Shown: positions 25,550-38,652 of the stretch, in pieces | How the letters are laid out: every line of letters begins with the position of its first letter | Position numbering within the stretch: position 1 is the stretch's first letter | NCBI GenBank assembly: GCA_030390025.1 | Contig: CM059431.1 | Coordinates: 140,990,001 to 141,054,000, forward strand | Reading direction: 5' to 3' | Length of the DNA: 64,000 nt | Origin: Squalus acanthias | Taxonomy: Eukaryota | Translations under genes and position numbers: made by a program | Notes under the pieces: generated by a model | Databases searched by the model: none | The model's input: only the letters and a program-made list of their open reading frames with translations | What the model was told of the DNA's origin: nothing

Positions 25550-28500
25550 TCACTACCAGGGGAAGGCACTAGCAGCCAGGTTCATGGCACCATGGCTGGC
25601 TCTGCTGCACAGCAGGGCGGGAAAAAGAGTGGTAGGGCTATAGTGATAGGGGACTCAATTGTAAGGGGAATAGACAGGAGTTTCTGTGGCCGCAACCGAG
25701 ATTCCAGGATGGTATGTTGCCTCCCTGGTGCAAGGGTCAAGGATGTCTCGGAGCGGCTGCAGAACATTCTGAAGAGGGAGGGTGAACAGCCAGTTGTCGT
25801 GGTGCATGTAGGTACCAACGATATAGGTAAAAAGCGGGAAGAGGTCCTACAAGCAGAATTTAGGGAGCTAGGAGCTAAATTAAAAAGTAGGACCTCTAAG
25901 GTAGTAATCTCTGGATTGCTACCAGGGCCACGTGCTAATCAGAATAGAGAGAACAGGATAGTGAGATTGAATACGTGGCTTGAGCAGTGGTACAGGAGGG
26001 AGGGATTCAAATTCCTGAGGCATTGGAACCAGTTCTGGGGGAAGTGGGACCTGTACAAAAGGGACGGTCTGCACTTGGGCAGGACTGGAACCGATGTCCT
26101 CGGGGTAATATTTGCTAAAGCAGTTCGGGAGGATTTAAACTAATATGGCAGGGGAATGGGAACCTATGTAGCGAAACAGGGGGAAGTAATATGCAGTCAG
26201 AAACAAATGTTAGAAGGGTGAGAAACAATAGGGGAAGGCCGAGTAAACAAAGGCAAGAAACACAAAGGGCCATACTAAATCATAAGTCTAAAAGGACAAA
26301 GGATGTTAATAAAACTAGCCTAAAGGCTCTGTGTCTTAATGCAAGGAGTATCCGTAATAAGGTGGATGAATTGACTGTGCAAATTGATGTTAACGGATAT
26401 GATGTGATTGGGATTACAGAGACGTGGCTCCAGAACAATCAAGGCTGGGAACTGAACATCCAGGGGTATTCAACATTCAGAAAGGATAGAATAAAAGGAA
26501 AAGGGGGTGGGGTAGCATTGCTGGTTAAAGAGGAGATTAATGCAATAGCTAGGAAGGACATCAGCTTGGAGGATGTGGAATCAATATGGGTTGAGCTGCA
26601 GAACACCAAAGGGCAGAAAACGTTAGTGGGAGTTGTGTACAGACCTCCAAACAGCAGTAGTGAGGTGGGGGAGGGTATGAAACAGGAAATCAGAGGTGCG
26701 TGCAAAAAAGGCACGGCAGTTATCATGGGTGACTTTAATATGCATATAGATTGGGCTACTCAAACTGGAAGCAATACGGTGGAGGAGGATTTCCTGGAGT
26801 GTTTAAGGGATGGTTTCCTAAACCAATATGTTGAGGAACCAACTCGAGGGGAGGCCATCCTGGACTGGGTGTTGTGTAATGAGGAGGGACTAATCAGCAA
26901 TCTTGTGGTACGAGGCCCCCTGGGGAAGAGTGACCATAGTATGGTATAGTTCTACATTAGGATGGAGAAGGAAACAGTTAAGTCAGAGACCATGGTCCAG
27001 AACTTAAATAAGGGCAACTTTGAGGGTATGAGGCGTGAATTGGCGAGGTTAAATTGGCAAGCGATATTTAAGGGGCTATCAGTGGAAGGGCAATGGCAGA
27101 CATTTCGAGATCGCATGGATGAACTACAACAATTGTACATCCCGGTCTGGCGTAAAAATAAAAAAGGGAAGGTGGCTCAACCATGGCTAACAAGGGAAAT
27201 CAGGGATAGTATTAAAAGCAAGGAAGTTGCATACAAATTGGCCAGAAGTAGCAGCAAACCCGGGGACTGGGAGAACTTCAAAATTCAGCAGAGGAGGACG
27301 AAGGGTTTGATTAGGGCAGGGAAAATAAAATATGAAAGGAAGCTTGCAGAGAACATTAAAATGGACTGCAAAAGCTTCTATAAATATGTAAAAAGAAAGA
27401 GGTTAGTAAAAACAAACGTAGGTCCCCTGCAGTCGGAAAAAGGGGAAGTCGTAATGGGGAACAAGGAAATGGCTGATCAATTGAACAAGTACTTTGGTTC
27501 GGTGTTTACTGTGGAGGACACACACAACCTGCCGGAAATAAAAGGGGTCAGAGGATCTGGTAAGAGGGAGGAGCTGAGGGAAATCCTTATTAGTCGGGAA
27601 AAGGTATTGGGGAAATTGATGGGACTGAAGGCTGAAAAATCCCCGGGGCCTGATGGTCTGCATCCCAGAGTACTTAAGGAGGTGGCCTTGGAAATAGTGG
27701 ATGCATTGATGATCATTTTCCAACATTCCTTAGACTCTGGATCAGTTCCGATGGAGTGGAGGGTGGCCAATGTAACCCCTCTTTTTAAAAAAGGAGGGAG
27801 GGAGAAAGCAGGGAATTATAGACCGGTCAGCCTGACATCGGTCGTGGGTAAAATGATGGAAGCAATTATTAAAGATGTCATAACAGACCATTTGGAAAGT
27901 GGCGACATGATAGGTCCAAGTCAGCATGGATTTGTGAAAGGGAAATCATGCTTGACAAATCTTCTGGAATTTTTTGAGGATGTTTCCAATAGGGTGGACA
28001 GGGGGGAACCAGTAGATGTGGTGTATTTGGACTTTCAGAAGGCCTTCGACAAGGTCCCACACAAGAGATTGGTGAGCAAAGTTAAAGCACATGGGATTGG
28101 GGGTAATGTGTTGACGTGGATTGAGAACTGGTTGGCACACAGGAAACAAAGAGTAGGAGTAAATGGGTACTTTTCAGAATGGCAGGCAGTGACCAGCGGG
28201 GTACCGCAGGGTTCGGTGCTGGGACCCCAGCTGTTTACATTAAATATTAATGATTTGGACGAAGGGATTAAATGTAATATCTCCAAATTTGCGGATGACA
28301 CTAAATTGGGAGGCAGTGTGAACAATGAGGAGGATGCTAGGAGGCTACAGAGTGACTTGGACAGGTTGGGTGAATGCGCAAATGTATGGCAGATGAAGTA
28401 CAATGTGGATAAATGTGAGGTTATCCACTTTGGTGGTAAAAATAGAGAGGCGGACTATTACCTGAATGGTGGCAGATTAGGGAAAGGGGACGTGCAACGA

Positions 28501-29226
28501 GACCTGGGCGTCATGGTACATCAGTCACTGAAGGTGGGAATGCAAGTGCAGCAGGCAGTCAAGAAAGCAAACGGAATGATGGCCTTCATAGCAAGGGGAT
28601 TTGAGTACAGGAGTAGGGAGGTGATGCTACAGTTGTACAGGGCCTTGGTGAGGCCACACCTGGAGTATTGTGCGCAGTTTTGGTCTCCTAACTTAAGGAA
28701 GGACATTCTTGCTATTGAGGGAGTGCAGCGAAGGTTCACTAGATTGATTCCTGGGATGGCCGGACTGACATATCAAGAAAGATTGGGTCAACTGAACTTG
28801 TATCCTCTGGAGTTCAGAAGAATGAGGGGGGATCTTATAGAGACATTTAAAATCCTGACTGGTTTAGACAAATTAGATGCAGGCAGAATGTTCCCAATGG
28901 TAGGGAAAACTAGAACCAGGGGTCACAGTCTAAGGATTAAGGGGAAGCCATTTAGGACTGAGCTGAGGAGGAACTTCTTCACCCAGAGAGTGGTGAATCT
29001 ATGGAATTCTCTTCCACAGAAGGTTGTTGAGGCCAGTTCGCTAAATATATTCAAAAGGGAGTTAGATATAACACTCACAACTAAGGGGATCAAGGGGTAT
29101 GGCGAGAAAGCAGGAATGGGGTACTGAGGTAGCATGTTCAGCCATGAACGCATTGAATGGCGGTGCAGGCTCGAAGGACCGAATGGTCTACTCCTGTACC
29201 TATTTTCTATGTTTCTATGTTTCTAT
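25550..29226 (+). mobile_element. Young CR1 LINE: ORF1 esterase (5'-truncated) and ORF2 APE-RT with a single nonsense codon
   Basis: ORF 25592..26143 (IVIGDSIVRG, VVHVGTND, DGLH). ORFs 26191..26949 and 26962..29127 are in the same frame, separated by one TAG. (TTCTATGT)n tail. Confidence 0.96.
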
Positions 29227-30319
29227 CACCGACCATCTTTAGCAATTTGAACACAGATACTTTTCTTGTTGCTGCTGAGTTCACCCTGAACCTGACTCAT
29301 CAACGGAAAGGAAAATCCGCCCGGTGTAAAATGGGCGCTGATTCGCTATGAGCCCATTTCACAATACTGGCGAGGATCAATATCACCCCATATTCGCCAA
29401 GTTTATTGAATTCGATACTTTTGATTCCGTTCAAAAGCATGAATACAGTAATTAATTTAATGGAAGTGCATATTAGTTACCGATTGATTAATCCGTTGAC
29501 ACTAACTTCGCCAGTCTGTTTTCAATGGGTCAATGATGCTGTTCAGCAGAATATTGCGAAACAGGTTCTAAATATTCGCAGACAAGAATTTTACACTTTC
29601 TCAGAAAGTGCCGATACTCTGAGGTCCATGAAATTTCAATAATTAGTGCCGGGATGCACAGAAGCGGTGGGATAAATCGCTTTTCCACGGGAATATGTGA
29701 GGCCATTTTACCTAGCAGGCCTGCTCCTGATAAGATCATGTACACCCATCCCTCCAGGGGCTGTACTTCATGTATTTAATCTCCACACCTCAATCACCTC
29801 GCATTAATTTGAACACTGCTGTCTGACTCCATCAAATGCTGTCAAGAGAAGTGCATTGACATCTCCACTAATTAATGTGGTTGGATTATTTCTACTTATA
29901 TCTTCTGATGTAGCAACATTGTGTTTCCTTCAGTATTTCATTTGTTTCATTCTATTTTTATTTCAATAACCCTCATTTCGAAAAAACTTGGCACCCATTT
30001 ATTGTGATATATGTGGGAAACGTTATTAATGTTGTTGATGGACGGTTTGCTAAACATTGGCCCCGATTTTTTTTGTAACGTAATAAATTCAGCTCTGTGA
30101 CTCTGTTTTATAACCAAGGGCCCTCGGTCCTGGTATTATCTGTGCTGCCCTGCTCTGACCCCACTCTGTTATATTGGTGCATTCTGATGTTAGGGGGCCA
30201 ATACCTGGTCAATCCGGTTGTGACCTCAGCAATGGTCTATACAACGATTAGGTAACATTTCCATGTAGGATTGGATTAAGCTAATGCGGTATGGGGAGGG
30301 GAACCAGTAGGAAGCATCA

Positions 30320-32610
30320 GAGAGGATAACCAAGCTTTCTATAGAATTGAGAGAGACAAACGGCATTAGAATAAGTAAAAGTCCAGAAGAAGGTCGGATC
30401 AGACGTGGGTGAAATGCAAACCAAACTTAGGCGGGTTTGGAGTTCATGTGCATAAATGCACGGAGCGTGATCAATAAAGTTGGTGAGCTGCAGGCACACG
30501 TTGCCACTTGGGTTATGAAATAATGGCAATAACGAAGACCTGTCTCAACCAAGAGCAGGAATGAAAACTTAACAATGTATTCAGGGGGAATAGGAAGATA
30601 AAGTTGCGGGTGGGGTGGAGGAGTGACAGTAGACTGGTGGGAAATGTTTAATGGCCAAGGAATGGCAGGAATTCCTGAAATGTTTGCAGGAAATCTTTCT
30701 TGATTAGTTCCTTTCCAGCTCAATGAGGAAGGAAAAATTGCCGGATCTTTTTCTGGGAAATGAAATGATGAAAATAGAGCGTGTTTCAGTTGGAGTGCAT
30801 TTGGGGAACAGCGATCATAATATCATTAGGTTTCGAGTAGGAATAGAAAGGGACAATGAACAATCTAAGGTGAAGATGCTCAACTAAAGGAGGGCTTAAT
30901 TCAGTGAGCTGTAAAGGGATCAGTTGGATTGGAAACAGAGATTGGCATATAAAGCAGTAAATGAGTAATGGGAGGCATTCGAAGAGGAGATAGCTCATGT
31001 ACAGACCAGGCAGGTTCCTATGAGGAAGGAAAGGAAGGGCATCCAAAGCTAGAGATCCCGGGTTGAGTAAAGATATACGGATTAAAATTAAACAGACAAT
31101 GAGGGTTATGATCAATTTCAGATTCACTATACAATAATGAATCAAGAATAATATAGAATTGCAGAGGACAACTGAAAAGGGAAATAAGAGGGGAAAAGAG
31201 AACAGATGTGAAAATATCATCGGGTTACATAAAAGGGAACAGTCCAGTCATTTATAAATATATAAATAGTAAAAGAATGATCAAAGGAAGGGAGAATCGG
31301 TTAAGGAACAAAAATTAGATCGTCTTGTGGAGGCAGAGGGCATGGCTGAGGCACTATATTAATACTTTATATCTGCCTTCACAAAATAAGAGGAAGCGGT
31401 CAATGTCACAGTAAAGGAGGAGCCAGTAGAGAAATTTGATAGGATGAAAATAGGTAAAGTGGAGGTAATTAAAATGGTGGCAGCATTCAAAGTAGAAAAG
31501 TCACGCAGACCGGATGGGATGCATCCTTGGTTGCTAAGGGTAGCAAAGTTGGAGATAGCGGACACTCTAGGCCCAATCTTTAAATCTTCCTTAGACACGT
31601 GAGCGATGCCAGAGAACTGGAGGCTTGCCAATGTTTCACCCCTCTTTAAAAAAAGGGGAGAGGAATAAACCCGGCAACTACAGGCCAGTCAGCCTAATGT
31701 CAGTGGTAGGAAAACTTATAGAGATAACAATCCAAGACAAAAATTTTACTTGGAAAAATATGGGTTGATAAATTACAGGCACCACGGATATGATAAAGGC
31801 AAATCGTGTCTAACAAACTTGACTGATTTCTTTAATGAAGTAACTGGGAATGTTGATGGCAATAGTGCGGTTGATGTTGTGTATGTGGGACTTTCAAAAG
31901 GCGTTTGATCAAATGCCACATAAGAGACGTGTTTGCAAAATTGAAGCCCTCAGAGTTAAATTGATCATGTCATTATTGTAGCAAAATAGCTGAGGGCCCG
32001 AAAGCAGGGAGTAGAGGTGAATAGTTGTTTTTCGCACGGGAAGGAACTGAGCAGTGGAGTTGAACAGGTGTCGGTATTAGGACCACTGCTGTTTCAATCT
32101 ATATTAATAAACTGTATGTCGGTGTACGAGGCATAATTTCAATGCTTGCTGATGATACGAATCTCGGAAGGTAGTAAACAGTGAGAATGATAGTAGCAAA
32201 CTTCAGGAGGGCATAGGCAACTGGTGAAATGGCCCGATACATGGCAGATGAAATTTAATGCAGAGAAGTGCGATGTGACACAATTTGGAAGGAAGCATAA
32301 GGAAAGGCAAAATAAACTAAATGTTAAAATTTTAAAGGGGATTCCGGAACAGGGAGACCTGGAGGTTTACGAACAGAGATCTTGAAGGTGGCAGAACAAG
32401 TTGAGAAAGCTGTTAAAAAATCATACGGATTTTTTGGCTTTATAAATAGAGACATACACATGGAAGGAAGTTATGCTAAACATTGCTAAAACATTGGTTA
32501 GGACTCAGTATGGTGTCTAATTCTGTGGACCACACATTAGGAAGTATGTCCAGGTTTGGATAGGGTGCAGAGGAGATTTACAAGAATAGTACCAGGGATG
32601 AGCAACTATT
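30320..32610 (+). mobile_element. Old, heavily degenerate CR1 LINE
   Basis: Recognisable nucleotide motifs: AATGCACGGAGCGTG, AACTACAGGCCAGTCAGCCTAA, GACTTTCAAAAGGCGTTTGAT, GCTGATGATAC. Confidence 0.8.
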
Positions 32611-33337
32611 CCGGTCTGTTTGACTCCCCTAATCTAGGTGAATAAATAGAGTCACTTTCAGTAATTATTTGATATCCCGTGCTGAGAGCTCGCCTGGATT
32701 GGTTCGTATTCATAGACTCGAAGGATATCCCCCTAGTAAGTATTGACGTATAATTTGCTGGAACATCTTGAGGATATTAATAAAACTAAGAAGTTTGATT
32801 TATCTTCGCTATCTGAATCAATATAAGTTGGATTAATCTATTCGCTCACCCAACACTCCCTACAGGTGTTTTGGGTTGTTTCTGCTTTTTGGGTCAAATA
32901 AATGTTCACCAGTTTAGCATTTTCTTAAATATCTCTCATTTACCGCGCAGATTTTGTTGTCATCTCACAGTTCCTCGATTTACTTTAAGTAGTTTGTAGG
33001 TCAGTAAACTCATGACCTTCCCTCCAACTCCTGTCTGTTGCTTCTCCCCTCTCTTTTTCCCAGTGCGACTAAAATTCTTGGTTCCCTTTGATTTCTTTCC
33101 ATGAGGAGTTATATCATAGCCGTTACTCTGTCCTTTCCTTGTACAGAGACTGACGGATCCGATGGGTATTTTCGTTTTTTTGTGTTGTTTCAGATTCACA
33201 TTATTTTCAGTTTTATCCATTTCTTTCTTATTTGGCCTTTACCTGTTTTGTGACATTCTGGGATTCTAAGATCTCACATCGTGTCAGTTCTGTGATGTTT
33301 AAATAAACCAAACTCATTCTGTGTCCCTCCAACTCAC

Positions 33338-33504
33338 CCGATGTTCTTGCCCACTGAAAAGCCTCTCGTATGTTAACAAAGAGCTGAGTCCGTCCACCCC
33401 TCCTTCAATCGCCTGTTCCAGTCTGTCCCGGTAGAATTTCGTCAGCTGGAACAGCTGGTAATCGTTGCTCTCTGTCAAGAATTCAGTGATTGCAGAGTTC
33501 GGAT
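33338..33504 (-). CDS. NLR gene, exon for the first half of the CARD-like domain
   Basis: ttttcacag|AT ... CATCGG|gtgagt; 167 bp, phase 1-0; DPNSAITEFLTESNDYQLFQLTKFYRDRLEQAIEGGVDGLSSLLTYERLFSGQEHR. Confidence 0.87.
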
Positions 33505-33524
33505 CTGTGAAAACAAAGAGAAAA

Positions 33525-36293
33525 ATAAAATAAAAGCAGAAAATGCTGGAAATGTTCAGCAGGTCAGGCAGCATCTGCAGAGAGAGAAACAGAGGTAACG
33601 TTTCAGGTCGATGACACTTCATCAGAACTTGAAAAGTTTAGATATGTAACAGGTTTTAGGCAAGTAGAGAGGCAGGGAAAGGGGGAGGAGGGGAACGCAT
33701 AACAGGGAATGTCTGTGATAGGATGGAAGGGAGGAGAGATTAAAAGACAAAAGGGGAGATGGTGCATGGCAAATGCAGATAGTAATGGGACAAATTAAGA
33801 AACAAAAGCTGACTCTAGATGAGGTGTAAATGGCAAATCATCAACAGCTGCCACGTGAGAGACAAAAAAAACAAAGGAATTTTTAAAAAAGTGGCCAAGG
33901 TTAAAAGCTGAAATTGTTGAACTCGATGTGGATTCCAGAAGGCTTAAAGTGCCTCATCGAAAGATGAGGTGCTGTGCCTCGAGCATACGTCGAGCTTCGT
34001 TTGAACAGTGTAAGAGGTCGTGGACGGAGAGATCAGAGTGGGATTGGAGCGGTGAATTAAAGTGACCGGCGACCAGAAGCTCGGGGTCAAGCTTACGGAC
34101 TGAACAGAGGTGTTCCCCAAAGTGTTCATCCAATCAACGTTTGGTCTCCCCAATGTAGAGGAGACGGCATCGTGAGCATCGAATACAGGATACTAAATTG
34201 CAAGAAGTAAAAGTAAATCGCTGTTTCTCCTAGAAGGAGTGTTTGGGCCCTGAACAGTGGGAAGGGAGCAGTTAAAAGGGCAGGTGCTGCATCTCCTGCG
34301 CTTGCACGGGAAGGTGCTGTGGGAAGGGGAAGGGGTATTGGTGTGATAGAGGAGTGTACCAGGGTGTCGCGGAGAGAGCGGTCCCTTCAAAATACTGTAA
34401 GGGGAGGGGAGGGGATGATGTGTTTCGTGGTGGGATCACGCTGGAGGTGGTGGAAACGGTGGAGGATTGTCCGTTCAATGTGAAGGTTGGTGGGGTGCAA
34501 TGTGAGGACAAGGGGAACCTTATCGTGGTCCTGGGAGGGAGGGGAAGGGGTGAGATCAGAAGTGAAGGAAATAGAACGGACACGGTCAACGGCATTGTCA
34601 ACCACGGTAGAGGGGAATCCAAGGTTGAGGAAAAAGGAAGACATGTCGGAAGCACTAGTATGGAAGGTGGCATCGTCAGAGCAGATGTGGCATAGATGGA
34701 GAAACTGGGAGAATGCGATAGAGTCCTTCCAGGAAGCGGGCTGGCAATAATTGTAGTCCAGGTAGCTGTAGCAGTCAGTGGGCTTATAGAGAATGTTTGC
34801 CAATAGGCTATCCCCAGAAATAGAGTCACAGAAGTCGAGGAAGGGAAGGGAATAGTCGGAAATGGACCATGTGAAGGTGAGGGAAGTGTGGAAATTGGAA
34901 GCAAAGTGGTGAATTTTTTTAGTACAGGGTGAGAGTAGGAATCAGCACCGATGCAGTCATCAATGTACCGAAAAAAGAGGTGCGGGAGGGGATCTGAGTA
35001 GGACTGGAACAAAGAATATTCCAAAAATCCCACGAAAGGGCAGGCATAGCTAGGGCCCATGCGGGTTCCCATAGGAACACCATTAATTTGGAGGAAGTGA
35101 GCGGAGTGAAAGGAGAAGTTGTTTAATGTGAGAACAAGTTCAGCTAGGCGGAGGAGGGTGGTGGTGGATGGGGGCTGGTTGGGCCTCTATTCAAGGAGGA
35201 AGCGGAGCGCCTTCAGGCCATCCTGGTGCGGGATGGAGGTGTTGAGGGATTGGACGTCCACAGTGAAAAGGAGACGTTTGGTGCAAGGGAACTGGAAACT
35301 GTTAAAGTGGCGGAGGGCGTCGGAAGAGTCAGGGATGTAGGTGGGAAGAGACTGGACAAGGGGAGAAAATATTGTGTCGAGATAGGAAGAGATATGTTCT
35401 GTGGGGCAAGGACAGGCTGAAATGATGGGTCTACCAAAGCAATCCTGTCTTTGTATCTTGAGAAGGAGGTAGAAGCGGGCTGTACGTTGTTGGGGGACTA
35501 TGAGGTGGACAGCCATGGAGGGAAGATCGCCAGAGGAGATGATGTTAGTGACCAACTTGGAAACAATGGCTTGATGTTTGGTAGTGGGGTCATGGTCCAG
35601 GCGGAGGTAGGAGGAGGTGTCGGAGAGTTGGTTTTCAGCCACCGCTAGTTAGAGGTCGGTTCACCAAACAACAACAGCGCCACCCTTGTCAGCAGGTTTA
35701 ATGAAAATGTTGGGGTTGGATCTGAGAGAATGGAGTGCTGCAAGTTCAGAGGGAGGTAGCTTAGAGTGAGTGAGAGGAGCAGAGAAATTGAGCTTGGTGA
35801 AGTCATGCCGGCAGTTAGCAATGAGAAGCTCCAGAGAGTGTAAAAGGCCAGAGGGAGCGATCCAGCTGGAATGAGAATTCTGAAAATGGGTAAAGGGCCC
35901 GCTGTGCGGGGGAAGACTCCTGGCTAAAGAAGCGAGCACGGAGATGAAGGCGACGAAAAAAGAGCTTAGCATCGTGACGAGCTCGAAATTCATTGAGGTG
36001 GGGGCGTAAGGGGATGAAGCTCAGGCCTTTGCTGAGGACTGATCGTTCGGGGTGAGAGAGGGGAAGGTCACAGGCGATAGTGAAAACACAGCAGGGAATG
36101 AGATTGGAAGAAGGTTTCCTGTCAGAGGAAAGTGAAGGAGAAGAGGTTTCTGGAGGGGCGTTGATGTCCAAGAGTTGTTGAAGCTTGCGATCCTTGACAC
36201 CTGAAAGGAAGAAAAAACGTTTTTGTTTAAGCGCCGGTTGAGGAGAAGGATGAAATGGAATTGTGGACCAGGACAGTTGTGAGATAGAGTGAG
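33525..36293 (-). mobile_element. Near full-length degenerate Penelope-like element (5' part at 37778-38217)
   Basis: IKPADKGGAVVVW, GRPIIS, VDVQSLNTSIP, MGTRMGPSYA, FRYIDD and GIY-YIG remnants over several frames, plus the shared 3' tail. Confidence 0.92.
33593..33629 (-). ncRNA. Minimal type I hammerhead motif with intact core
   Basis: Reverse complement AGTT-CTGATGA-agtgtcatcgacct-GAAA-CGTT-ACCT. One mismatch each in helices I and II. Confidence 0.65.
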
Positions 36294-37777
36294 TCATAGA
36301 ATGACAGTAACACAGAAAATTTACGGCACCGAATGAGGCCGTTCACCCGATCGTGACCACACCGGCCCTCAAAGAGCTACCCACCCTAATCCCACCTTCC
36401 AGCACTCGGTCCGTAGCCCTGTAGGTTACGGCTCTTCATGTGCACATCCAAGTAATTTTTAAATGTGATGAGGGTTTCTGCCTCTACCACCCTTTCGGGC
36501 AGTGAGTTCCAGATCCCCACCATTCAATGGGTGCATTTTTTCCCTCATCTCCCCTCTAGTCCTTCTACGAACTACTTTCATCTATGCCCCCTGGTTCTTG
36601 AACCCCGTCCTAAGGGAAATAGGTCCTCCCTATCCACTCTATCTAGTCCCCTCATAATTATATACATCTCAATTAAATCTCCCCTCAGCCTCCTCTGTTG
36701 CAAGGAAAATAACCCCAGCCTACCAGACTTTCCTCATCGCTAAAGGTTTCCAGACTTGTCAACCTCCTCGTAAATCAAATCTGCACCATCTCCAGTGCAA
36801 TCAGATCCTTCCTGTACTGTGGTGACGAAAACTGCACGCAGTACTCAAGCTGTGGCCGAATTAATGTTTTATATAGTTTTAGCATAACTTCCCTGCACTT
36901 ATATTCTATGCCTCGGCTAATAAATGAAAGCATTCCGTATGCCTTTTTAACGACATTATCGACCTGTCCTGCTTCTTTAATGATCTGTGGACATACACTC
37001 CAAGGTTCCTCTGTTCCTCCACACCTCTCAGTATCCTCCCATTAATTGTGTATTCCCTTGCCTTGTTGCCCCTCCCCAAATGCATTACCTCACACTTTTC
37101 TGAATTAAATTGCATTTGCCACTTTTATGCCCAACTAACCAGTTCATCGATATCTTCCTGCAGACTAAAGCTTTCCTCCTCACTGTCAACCACACGGCCA
37201 ATGTTTGTATAATCTGCACATTTCTTTATCATGCCCCATACATTTAAGTCTAAATCATTAATTTATACTACAAAAAGTAAGAGGCCAAATACTGAGCCCT
37301 GTGGAACCCCACTGGAAACAGTCTTAGAGTCGCAAAAACTCCCCTCAACCATTACCCTTTGCGTCCTGCCACTGAGCCAATGTTGGATCCAATTTGCCAC
37401 TCTCCCTTGGATCACATGGGCCTTTACTCTTTTGATCATACTGTCAAAAGCTTTGCTAAAGTCCATGTAGTCTACATCAAATGCACGGCCCTCACTGACC
37501 CTCCGTGTTAGCTCCTTAAAACATTCAATCAAGTTAGTCAGACACGATGTCCCTCAACAAAACTATGCTGACTGTCCTTGATCAATCTGTGTCCTTCTAA
37601 ATGAAGTTTTATACTGTCCATCAGAATTGATTACAGTAATTTGCCCACCACCGAGATTAAACTAACTGGCCTGTAATTGCTTGGTTTATCCCTTCCACTC
37701 TTTTTAAACAAAAGTACACCGTTAGCAGTTCTCCAACCGTCTGGCACCACTCCTGTAGCCAGAGAGGATTGGAAAAT
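36294..37777 (-). mobile_element. CR1 LINE 3' part inserted into the Penelope element
   Basis: NYRPVSLISVVGKLL, YMDFSKAFD, GVPQGSV, QFNSEKCEVMHLG. The Penelope flanks GATAGAGTGA|GTCGGTGCTGC rejoin across it. Confidence 0.88.
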
Positions 37778-38217
37778 GTCGGTGCTGCAGCAGAGAGAGG
37801 TGGAGAGTGTGCATGTGGCGGTGCATGGCATTGAGCTTGGATCTCAGGATGCGGCGACAGCAGTGGTTCGAGGAACGCTGAATGTCTCGGAGATATCTGG
37901 GTGGATCCAAAAGGTGAAGGGTGGAATTTTAGTTGAAATCGACGTGGACTAAGTCGGAGTCGGAGACAATTGCTGAGGAAAGAAATATGGCTGTGAAAGC
38001 AAGATTTGGTAGATACCTGATCAAACACATGAAGGGAAACAGAAATAATTGAAGATGAACAAGGTAAAAGAGACAAACAAAAATCCCATCGGAGAGAAGA
38101 GCAGAACTTCTTCAAGTTGGGCATTCCTAGAAGAGTTGTGGCAATAAATTAAACACTAATACAAAAGCAAAATACTGTGGATGTTGAAAGTCTGAATAAA
38201 AAAGAAAATGCTGAGTA
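37778..38217 (-). mobile_element. Penelope-like element 5' part with partial terminal repeat
   Basis: MPNLKKFCSSLR..HSHISFLSNCLRL and RILRSKLNAMHRHMH. 38160-38217 matches the tail extension at 43003-43062. Confidence 0.75.
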
Positions 38218-38652
38218 TCGTAGCATAGTGATTATGCTACTGGACGAGTAAACCAGAGGCCTGGACTAATGATCTGGAATGGAACATGAGTTCAAATCCC
38301 ATCACGGCAGCTGGGGAATTTAAATTCAGTTAATTACATTTAAAATAAAAGATCAGGAATACAAAGCTAGTATCCGTATTGGTGACCATGAATCTACTGG
38401 ATTGTCGTAAAAAGCCATCTGCTTCACTAATGTCCTTTAGGGAAGGAAATCAGCTGCCCTTACTTGGTCTGGCCTATATGTGGCTCTAGACTCACAGCAA
38501 TGTAGTTGACTCTTAACTGCTCTCTGAAATGGTCTAGCAAGTCACTCAGTAGTATAAGGCGGCTCACCACCACCTTCTCAAGGGCAATTAGGGATGTGCA
38601 AAAATGCTGGCTTTGCTAGCGATGCCCATATCCCATGAACGAATAAATAAAA
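38218..38652 (+). mobile_element. tRNA-derived SINE with LINE-related 3' tail (HE1-like, from recall)
   Basis: A-box-like TAGCATAGTGA (38221), B box GTTCAAATC (38290). The 3' CACCTTCTCAAGGGCAATTAGGGATG..AGCGATGCCCATATCCC and A-rich end resemble the LINE tail at 41010-41085. Confidence 0.75.

Noticed and set aside
25592..26143. Host GDSL/SGNH esterase gene
   Set aside because: It directly precedes APE-RT and recurs in other CR1 copies, so it is LINE ORF1.
29250..29390. Short imperfect hairpin or MITE-like piece (TGTAAAATGGGC..GCCCATTTCACA)
   Set aside because: Too short, and no partner terminus or TSD could be established.
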